From positions 1 through 34,502 of IMG/VR virus record IMGVR_UViG_3300006193_000026: 34,502 nt of DNA. The stretch is one strand, 5' to 3'. The notes under the pieces are model-generated. The model searched no databases. It had not been told where the DNA came from and saw only the letters and a list, made by a program, of their open reading frames with translations. Positions 27,291 through 34,502 of the stretch are shown piece by piece. Origin of the DNA: a virus. Taxonomy: Duplodnaviria; Caudoviricetes. Made by a program: the position numbers and the translations under genes. Positions within the stretch are counted from its first letter, which is position 1. Each line of letters opens with the position of its first letter.

Positions 27291-27817
27291 TGCCAATATT
27301 ACAAACATTACCAACTTTAGATATTTCTAATAACATTGTAGATACAAATGAAAATATTATTGTTTGGTACAATGGAACTAAAATAAGATATTATCACAGA
27401 TTTGAAAAAGTATTTAGAGATGTTGAAACTATTAGTGGTATTTTATCAATTAAACTTTTAAATGATAATAATATAAAAATAACTACAAGTACAAAAGTTA
27501 GAGAATTAATTTTAACAAGACCAGCTACAACAAATACATATACAATTACTTTAGATAGTAATTATGATACTAATATTGATCCATTGGCAACATGGACATT
27601 ATCTTTAACAGATTATGGTATTTTAACTGATAGTATGTCTTCAACTGTTGCAGGTACTGCTACGGCTATAGCTTTAGCAATTAATAATTTAACTGGTTTT
27701 AGTTCTACTTCTAATAGTAATATAATTACTTATACTAATACTGGTTCACAAGTTGTACAAACAAGTTCAATAGATTTTAGTTTATCTACTGCAACTGGTG
27801 GTGGTCAATTTAATTAA
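27290..27817 (+). CDS. Tail-tip associated protein, ends TATGGGQFN
   Basis: TAATG-coupled; Thr/Ser/Asn-rich and beta-rich; TATAIALAIN domain. Confidence 0.75.
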   Translation: MPILQTLPTLDISNNIVDTNENIIVWYNGTKIRYYHRFEKVFRDVETISGILSIKLLNDNNIKITTSTKVRELILTRPATTNTYTITLDSNYDTNIDPLATWTLSLTDYGILTDSMSSTVAGTATAIALAINNLTGFSSTSNSNIITYTNTGSQVVQTSSIDFSLSTATGGGQFN

Positions 27818-27835
27818 TAATAAAGGAAATTAAAA

Positions 27836-29971
27836 ATGTCAATAAGTTCTGTTTATTCAAATTCAGGAACATTTGCAACAGCCGATATTATTACAGCTAC
27901 CATGAAAAATAGTTTAAATAATATTCATGTAATAGATGATACTTCTGTTGTTGCAGTTAATACTACAAATGCACAAGTATATACTAATAGTGGTAGTGGA
28001 TATGTATCACAAATTACTCATGCAAGTACAAGTGATGTTGTTGGTTTTAGTAAAGAATTTATTTTAGGAACTAATTTATATATTTATAATACTACTCAAC
28101 CTGTTTCAAATACAAGATGGAATACAGGTACAGATACAAAATATTCAGTAAGTTTAGGATCTTTAGGATCTATAACTAATAATACATTTTCAAATAATAT
28201 TGGTGTTATTGATGCATTAAATGAAATTAGAACAGCAATATTAGGTTTAAGTATAAGTGGATTATCAGTTTCATTACCAACTTATGTATCAGATATAAAT
28301 CCAGATACTAGTGTTATTGATTTTTCAGGTTATGGTATAATAATTAATACAGGTTCATCAACAAATGAAAATACATCTTTTTCAATTAATGATGTTTATG
28401 GTGATGGTTCAAATATTATTTATAATTATGAATTTGAAACAGATGGTGCTGGAACTTCACAATCAACTACAATATCTTTAACTGAGCCAGATGGAACAGG
28501 AACTTATACATTAAGTATTGCCGCTGATGCTACAGATGATAATCAATCAAATAGTATTGGAACAGATTTAATTGCATTAGTAAATAATAATGTAGAATCT
28601 CCTAATAATTATACTGCTACATATAATACTTCTTCTAAGAAAATTACATTTACATCAGTAAGTACATTTGATTCAGTTGCTAGTGAATTATGGACTGCTA
28701 CAGTAAATAATAATTCTGTTAGTGGTGTTAATGAAGGTAATATTATTTTTGGTACATCTACTATGACAAGAACAGGTATACTTGGTTCATCATATACTAT
28801 TACAGCACCTAATTTATTTACTAAAACTGTAAATGGTTTACCCCTATTTAGTAAAGTTACATTTACTGGTGGAACAGAAACAGCATTTAGTGATAATATA
28901 AATGCAACTGCTGCGGCTCTCGAATTTAAAAATGCATTAAATACTTCTTTAAATGGTTTTATGACTGCAACAATAGATTCAGGTGATTCAAAAATAGTAA
29001 ACTATACTACATCTATTCAAGATGATATTGGATTAAACTTAGTTTTTTCTAATGCATCAATTAATAAAACTATTACTCAAGGTATACTAGGTACTACACA
29101 AACAAATATTAATAATGCTGGTAAAACTAATATTCAGGTATTTAAACCTGGAAATGTTAGTTCTGATTATAATAAAAACTTCGTTGGTTTTGTACCAACT
29201 TTAACTGGTGCTATAAATACACCAGCGGATATAATATCAAATATTAATACAACAATAACTGATTGGACTATTGAAAAAGATCAACCAGTAAATAATCAAA
29301 TTAGGTTTACTTCAGTTGATAGTCAATATGTCAATAATGTATATAAATTAAATGTAACAAATACTACGGCTACTGGAACAACAACAGGTGATTTTTCAAC
29401 AGGTTTAGGTAATGCTACGATTACTACTATTGGTTCATCGGTTCCAGATTATTATGGTTTAAGATCTGTAACCTTAGCTAATAAAGATGTTTTTTCAAGT
29501 ACACCAACAGATTATTCTTGGTTTGAAACTACTAAAAATAATTTAAATACTATATTTCCAGGATATAAAGTAGATGCTTTAAAAACTCCAGAATTTGCTT
29601 TTGATGGTATAACAGGAACTACTCCTAGATTAGTAGATGGATTTTTTGCTATAGGTGCTAATGCAGGTGGTCAATATGTTATTGATACTGATGCTGTTAC
29701 ACTTACTGAAATAGCTAATATACCTGTTGATACAACTACTAATACAATATTTGGATCTGAAATTATTTATTTTTCTACTAAATTATATTTAGCATATAGA
29801 GTAAATAATGATAGTGAAATTACTGCTTTGTCTTTAGGAGGAAGTAATTCAGGTGCAACAATTTATACCAATAATGGAACTACTTATTCAATAGTAGATA
29901 GTAATAATGCTGTATTAATTGCCAATTATATATATAAATGGAATGGTACTGCATGGGTCAAAGAAACTTAA
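27836..29971 (+). CDS. Tail-tip associated protein (711 aa) with repeated domains
   Basis: AAGGA SD; T/S/N-rich; several helix-plus-strand repeats; ends YKWNGTAWVKET. Confidence 0.8.
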   Translation: MSISSVYSNSGTFATADIITATMKNSLNNIHVIDDTSVVAVNTTNAQVYTNSGSGYVSQITHASTSDVVGFSKEFILGTNLYIYNTTQPVSNTRWNTGTDTKYSVSLGSLGSITNNTFSNNIGVIDALNEIRTAILGLSISGLSVSLPTYVSDINPDTSVIDFSGYGIIINTGSSTNENTSFSINDVYGDGSNIIYNYEFETDGAGTSQSTTISLTEPDGTGTYTLSIAADATDDNQSNSIGTDLIALVNNNVESPNNYTATYNTSSKKITFTSVSTFDSVASELWTATVNNNSVSGVNEGNIIFGTSTMTRTGILGSSYTITAPNLFTKTVNGLPLFSKVTFTGGTETAFSDNINATAAALEFKNALNTSLNGFMTATIDSGDSKIVNYTTSIQDDIGLNLVFSNASINKTITQGILGTTQTNINNAGKTNIQVFKPGNVSSDYNKNFVGFVPTLTGAINTPADIISNINTTITDWTIEKDQPVNNQIRFTSVDSQYVNNVYKLNVTNTTATGTTTGDFSTGLGNATITTIGSSVPDYYGLRSVTLANKDVFSSTPTDYSWFETTKNNLNTIFPGYKVDALKTPEFAFDGITGTTPRLVDGFFAIGANAGGQYVIDTDAVTLTEIANIPVDTTTNTIFGSEIIYFSTKLYLAYRVNNDSEITALSLGGSNSGATIYTNNGTTYSIVDSNNAVLIANYIYKWNGTAWVKET

Positions 29972-29980
29972 TTAATACAA

Positions 29981-30004
29981 ATAATATATCTATAGGTATA
30001 TTAT
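29981..30004. promoter_or_regulatory. Intergenic palindrome
   Basis: ATAATATATC-TATA-GGTATATTAT, 10-bp stem with one G-T pair. Confidence 0.4.
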
Positions 30005-30032
30005 AACTCATAACTAACCTACAGGAGATAAT

Positions 30033-30482
30033 ATGAGAATATCAAACATACAAAATTACTTAGGAGGAGCAGATAATATTATTGCTCGAGAAATATCCGA
30101 AGGTAATCAATTTTTACTATCAATAGAAGATGGCACTATAGATTTTAGTGCTTCTGCTACAACTTTTGATATAAAGGCTGATTTATTTGAAGCAAACGTT
30201 ACAAGAAAGAGAGGATCTATTACAATTGATTCATTAACAGCAGTTGGTGCTGCAACACAACATACTTATACAAAAGCAGAATCGGTATTTAATACTACTG
30301 TTGCTGGTAAATTTGAGTTGTTGGTTCCAAGTACAATATTATCAGATCAGGGAAGTTATACTTCTACACCTGATGATGCATCTCCATATATCGTGGTTAT
30401 GAAAGTACAATGGGCTGCAGGTACTCCCTCAGTTAAAAATTCAATTAGGTTCGTATTTGTAATAAGATACCAACCTCAGTAA
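30033..30482 (+). CDS. Fibre adaptor / BppU-like baseplate protein (possible)
   Basis: AGGAG SD; beta-rich with GKFELLVP; precedes the fibre gene. Confidence 0.55.
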   Translation: MRISNIQNYLGGADNIIAREISEGNQFLLSIEDGTIDFSASATTFDIKADLFEANVTRKRGSITIDSLTAVGAATQHTYTKAESVFNTTVAGKFELLVPSTILSDQGSYTSTPDDASPYIVVMKVQWAAGTPSVKNSIRFVFVIRYQPQ

Positions 30483-30495
30483 GGAATAAATAATT

Positions 30496-33400
30496 ATGAC
30501 AATTAAAATAGATGGAATAACTTCAACTATAACCGTTTCAAAACAAACAGGACCAATAGGTCCAACAGGTCCGCAAGGATCAATAGGTAATACTGGGTCA
30601 CAAGGATCACAGGGTATTCAAGGATCCCAAGGATTACTAGGACCAACTGGTAACACAGGTAGTAAAGGTAATGATGGTATACAAGGTCCAACAGGATCAC
30701 AAGGTCCTACTGGTACAACTGGTGCTACTGGTGCTGCAGGTGCTAGTGGTGTAGTTAGTGATGCTACAGTATTTCCAATTATTGATAGCCGTGTAACTAA
30801 AAATTATGTTAACAATTTAAATGTAGATGCCGATACTTTAGACAATCTTAATTCTACTTCTTTTGAACAAATATCTAGAAAAAATATTAACAATGGCTAT
30901 GCAGGATTAGATGCTGCTGGTAAAGTTGCTGTTGCACAATTACCTAGTTATGTAGATGATGTAGAAGAATATGCTAATTTTGCAGGTTTTCCAGCTACTG
31001 GAGAAGCAGGTAAAATTTATGTGGCTATTGATACTGGTGATGTTTATAGATGGGCAGGAAGTGCTTATGTACAAATTAATGACGCAGTTACATCTGCTGA
31101 TCAAGCTACAAAATTAGCTACAGCCAGAGACATTATATTAACAGGTCCAATTACTGGAAGTGCTAGTTTTGATGGAACTACTAATGCTTCTATTACAACT
31201 TCATTAAATATATCTTCTAAGTCAACTTCTGATTTATCTGAAGGAAGCAATTTATATTATACTGATGCAAGATTTGATACTAGATTAGCTTCTAAAAATA
31301 CAGCTAATTTAAGTGAAGGAACAAATCTTTATCATACTGATGCAAGAGTTCAAACAGTTATTAATACAAACTCAGCTGGTTTTATTACACCAAGTTCATC
31401 AAGTGCACTTACAAATAAAACTGGTAATATAAGTCAATGGACAAATGATGCTGGATATATAACAGCTGAAACTGATTCACAAACCTTATCATTTAGTACA
31501 CCTAATTTAACTATTTCAAATGGTAATGCTGTTGATCTTAGTTCATTAACTACTAATTTTATTACAGCATCAAGTACAGATAATTTAACAAACAAAACTT
31601 TAACAGATGCTGTTGCAGTAACAAATTCTGTAACTGGTGAAATAGTTCCAGGTAAGATTGGTGGAACTAATTTTACAAATAGTTTATTAGTTGGTCATGC
31701 AACTACTGGAACTTTAAATAATGCAACACACAATACAGGTATTGGAATTGATGCTTTAAATTCAATTACTTCTGGAGACTTCAATACAGCTTTGGGCTCT
31801 AATGCACTAACTGCTTTAGATACTGGTCAAAGAAATATTGGAATTGGTTTTTTTGCTGGTGTTAAAATACAAGGTGGAGATCACAATCTTGCTATAGGTC
31901 ATGCTTCTTTAGCAGAAGCTGTTGATGCTGTAAGAAACACAGCAGTAGGTTATCAGTCTGGTAATAAAACAACTGGAAATTTCAATACTTATCATGGCTA
32001 TCAAGCTGGATTGAATATAGCAAATGCAAACTATAATGTAAATTTAGGTTGGACATCTGGAGATAATATTACAAGCGGTTCTGGAAATGTTTCTATTGGA
32101 GCAGCAGCAGACCCATCTTCAGCAACTGGTAATAGACAATTAGTTATTTCAGGATATGATGGAACAACTACAACTACTTGGATTAGCGGAGATAGTGACG
32201 GTAAACTTACAATGACAGATGGTGAAATTATTCCAGGTAAGATTGGTGGTACTAATTTTGCAAACAGTTTATTAATTGGTCATGCAGATTCAGGAACTTT
32301 AAATAATGCTCAAAGTAATACTGGAGTTGGTATTGGTGCTTTAGATGCCTTAACTTCTGGTGATAATAATACAGTCATGGGATTTGCGGCAGGTGACTCA
32401 ATAACAACTGGTGGACAAAATACATATTTGGGTACTCAATCTGGTACTAATTCAAATGGAAATGAAAATGTTGGAGTTGGACATCAAACTTTAATTGGCG
32501 CTAGTGGAATTAGAAATACAGTAATAGGTATGAAAGCTGGGCATGTTATTTCTGGAGATTATAATATTTGTGCGGGATGGAAATCTGGTGATAATATTAC
32601 AAGTGGGGATGGTAACGTAATTATTGGTGGTGTTAATGCTACTTCAGCTACAGGAGATAGACAATTAAAAATTGCTGGATATGATGGTTCAACAACTACA
32701 ACTTGGATATCAGGTGATAGTTCAGGTAATTTAACAACTACTGGTGATATAGATCTAAATGGTAATAAAGTATTATTTGCTAATATGTATTCTGCTATAG
32801 GAGATTTACCAAGTGCTTCTACTTATCATGGTATGTTTGCTCATGTTCATGGAACAGGTAAAGGTTATTTTGCACATGCTGGTAATTGGATAGAATTAGC
32901 CAATAAATCAACTACATTAGCAGGTTATGGAATTACAGATGGTTACACAGATGCAAAAGTTGATGCTAGAATAGCTGCTGGAGGTGCTAATCCAACAATT
33001 AGTTCTATTAGTCCAAGTACAATAATAGGTAATGTTGTATCTACAATTACGGTTACAGGTTCAAATTTTGCTGTTGGAACACAAGTAGAATTTATAAATA
33101 CTGCTACAGGTATATGGTATCCTGCTATTACAATTGTATATAATAATAGTACATCATTAACTGTTAAAATTAATTTAACTATTGATGCTCAATATAGAAT
33201 GAGAGTTGAAAATGGAGACGGTAGAGCAGTCATATCAACTAGTAATATTTTAAATGTATCTGATGCACCTACATGGTCAACAAGTGCAGGTAGTTTAGGT
33301 TCTTTTGCTGGAAACTTTTCTGGTACAATTGCAAGTCTTTCTGCTTCTTCAGATAGTGCTGTAACATTTAGTGAAGTTGGATCTAATTTAACAGGAGCTA

Positions 33401-33576
33401 ATGTTACTATGACATCTGCTGGTGTTTTAAGTACAACTGATTTTGGTGGTTCATCAACAAGTGCAACAACTTATAATTTTACAATTAGAGTAACCGATGC
33501 TGAAGGCCAAACGGCTGACAGATCATTTAGCTTTGCATCTACATTTGGTGCTACAGGCGGAGGACAGTTCAATTAA
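30496..33576 (+). CDS. Mosaic tail fibre (collagen, beta-roll repeats, Ig-like C-terminus), ends [11 protein letters not shown]
   Basis: 22 G-X-Y triplets; LSEG.NLY.TDAR twice; duplicated NT..G repeat module; PTISSISP (IPT/TIG-like) and [19 protein letters not shown] (Ig/cadherin-like). Confidence 0.9.
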   Translation: MTIKIDGITSTITVSKQTGPIGPTGPQGSIGNTGSQGSQGIQGSQGLLGPTGNTGSKGNDGIQGPTGSQGPTGTTGATGAAGASGVVSDATVFPIIDSRVTKNYVNNLNVDADTLDNLNSTSFEQISRKNINNGYAGLDAAGKVAVAQLPSYVDDVEEYANFAGFPATGEAGKIYVAIDTGDVYRWAGSAYVQINDAVTSADQATKLATARDIILTGPITGSASFDGTTNASITTSLNISSKSTSDLSEGSNLYYTDARFDTRLASKNTANLSEGTNLYHTDARVQTVINTNSAGFITPSSSSALTNKTGNISQWTNDAGYITAETDSQTLSFSTPNLTISNGNAVDLSSLTTNFITASSTDNLTNKTLTDAVAVTNSVTGEIVPGKIGGTNFTNSLLVGHATTGTLNNATHNTGIGIDALNSITSGDFNTALGSNALTALDTGQRNIGIGFFAGVKIQGGDHNLAIGHASLAEAVDAVRNTAVGYQSGNKTTGNFNTYHGYQAGLNIANANYNVNLGWTSGDNITSGSGNVSIGAAADPSSATGNRQLVISGYDGTTTTTWISGDSDGKLTMTDGEIIPGKIGGTNFANSLLIGHADSGTLNNAQSNTGVGIGALDALTSGDNNTVMGFAAGDSITTGGQNTYLGTQSGTNSNGNENVGVGHQTLIGASGIRNTVIGMKAGHVISGDYNICAGWKSGDNITSGDGNVIIGGVNATSATGDRQLKIAGYDGSTTTTWISGDSSGNLTTTGDIDLNGNKVLFANMYSAIGDLPSASTYHGMFAHVHGTGKGYFAHAGNWIELANKSTTLAGYGITDGYTDAKVDARIAAGGANPTISSISPSTIIGNVVSTITVTGSNFAVGTQVEFINTATGIWYPAITIVYNNSTSLTVKINLTIDAQYRMRVENGDGRAVISTSNILNVSDAPTWSTSAGSLGSFAGNFSGTIASLSASSDSAVTFSEVGSNLTGANVTMTSAGVLSTTDFGGSSTSATTYNFTIRVTDAEGQTADRSFSFASTFGATGGGQFN
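30550..30747 (+). repeat. Collagen-like (Gly-X-Y)22
   Basis: GPI GPT GPQ ... GAT GAA GAS, uninterrupted. Confidence 0.95.
31636..32727 (+). repeat. Internal tandem duplication in the fibre gene
   Basis: Units at 31636-32202 and 32221-32727, both running [19 protein letters not shown] ... [15 protein letters not shown]. Confidence 0.9.
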
Positions 33577-33668
33577 TGAGTAAATTAAATCTTAAATTAA
33601 AAAAGGAAATAAAAAATATAATGAATAAAATTAAAAAAATAATTAACGAAATAATGGGGGTTAACTAA
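33576..33668 (+). CDS. Short basic ORF (30 aa) coupled on both sides
   Basis: Not in the ORF track. [30 protein letters not shown]; TAATG overlaps at both ends. Confidence 0.45.
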   Translation: MSKLNLKLKKEIKNIMNKIKKIINEIMGVN

Positions 33669-34502
33669 TGGCTACTGCATTACAAAGAACTTTTGGAACA
33701 CCAACAAATAATAAAATATTTACATTATCACTTTGGTTAAAAAGAGCAGCAGGTGATATTAATAATACTATAACTTTAGTTCAAGGTGGTGGTTCTTCAA
33801 GACCCACATCAGAGCTTGTTTTAAATAGTGAAGCAATAGCATTATCTCAATATGATGGTTTAAATTATAATTATAATGTTAGAGCATATTATAAAGCAAG
33901 AGATCCTTCGGCTTGGTATCATATTGTTTATACTTTTGATAGTACACAATCTACAGCAAGTGATAGGGTTAAATTTTATGTAAATGGAGTTATACAAAAT
34001 TATAATATGCAAACCACAGCTTATCCAAGTTTAAATTATGTTCCTGCCATGAATGGTGCTACTAGTCATGCTATTGGTGGTTCTGTATTTGGTAGTTTTT
34101 CAGCAAATGCTTTATGTCTAATGTCTCATATACATTTTACAGATGGTACAGCTTATGACCCAACAGCATTTGGAGAAACAGATAGTACAACTGGAGAATG
34201 GAAAATTAAAACTGATGTTAGTGTAACTTATGGAAACAATGGTTTCTTTATTTTAAAAGATGGTAATTCAGTAACAGACCAATCTGGCAAAGGTAATAAC
34301 TGGACAGTTGGTGCAGGTACACTTACAAAAACAGAAGATTCTCCAAGCAATGTTTTTTGTACAATGAACGCATTATCAAAATCTTTAACAAATGTAGTTT
34401 TATCAAAAGGTAATACAGTAGTTAGAAATGACTCAAGTGCTAATGGCAATGTATTAGGAACGATTGCTTTAGGTAATGGTAAATATTATTGGGAAAATTA
34501 CA
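33668..34502 (+). CDS. LamG/concanavalin A-like lectin-domain tail protein (truncated by window end)
   Basis: Not in the ORF track because it has no stop in the window. MATALQRTFG...FTLSLWLKR, RDPSAWYHIVYTFDST...RVKFYVNG; GKYYWE (SPRY-like) at the edge. Confidence 0.85.
   Translation, partial: MATALQRTFGTPTNNKIFTLSLWLKRAAGDINNTITLVQGGGSSRPTSELVLNSEAIALSQYDGLNYNYNVRAYYKARDPSAWYHIVYTFDSTQSTASDRVKFYVNGVIQNYNMQTTAYPSLNYVPAMNGATSHAIGGSVFGSFSANALCLMSHIHFTDGTAYDPTAFGETDSTTGEWKIKTDVSVTYGNNGFFILKDGNSVTDQSGKGNNWTVGAGTLTKTEDSPSNVFCTMNALSKSLTNVVLSKGNTVVRNDSSANGNVLGTIALGNGKYYWENY

Noticed and set aside
27255-27817. Terminal Phe-Asn as a split-intein or protein-splicing signal
   Set aside because: The Asn is followed by a stop rather than Cys/Ser/Thr, and no Hint-domain blocks are visible.
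27255-33576. GGGQFN repeats as DNA recombination, shufflon or DGR sites
   Set aside because: Differences are synonymous third-position changes, all copies are in the same orientation, and no recombinase or reverse transcriptase is in the window.
5052-34449. Minus-strand ORFs in the track (5052, 5477, 7569, 9518, 19486, 19559, 25040, 34228)
   Set aside because: All are shadows of well-supported + strand genes and have no motifs.

Overview
A 34.5 kb, AT-rich (roughly 30% GC by eye) segment of a tailed phage with siphovirus-type gene content. Every credible gene is on the + strand, and many are coupled by TAATG/ATGA overlaps. Gene order: small membrane and lipoprotein genes; an ABC-ATPase/GNAT fusion; a T7-family single-subunit RNA polymerase; ribosomal protein bS21; an AT-rich region with a duplicated 20-bp promoter-like motif; TerS, a GIY-YIG-like nuclease, lysozyme and TerL; a 428-bp structured, locally GC-rich gap; portal; a class I RNR (nrdAB) inside the head module; head genes; a non-contractile tail module with a probable chaperone frameshift; and tail-tip/fibre genes ending in a truncated LamG-like lectin gene. 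Low GC, bS21 and the small-gene repertoire suggest a SAR11-like (pelagiphage-like) phage; this is inference only. The strongest candidate for an undescribed system is a shared C-terminal tag, (TFG)ATGGGQFN-stop, on three different tail proteins, conserved through synonymous-only codon changes. Two copies sit at the points where a single ancestral tail-tip protein appears to have been split into three genes.
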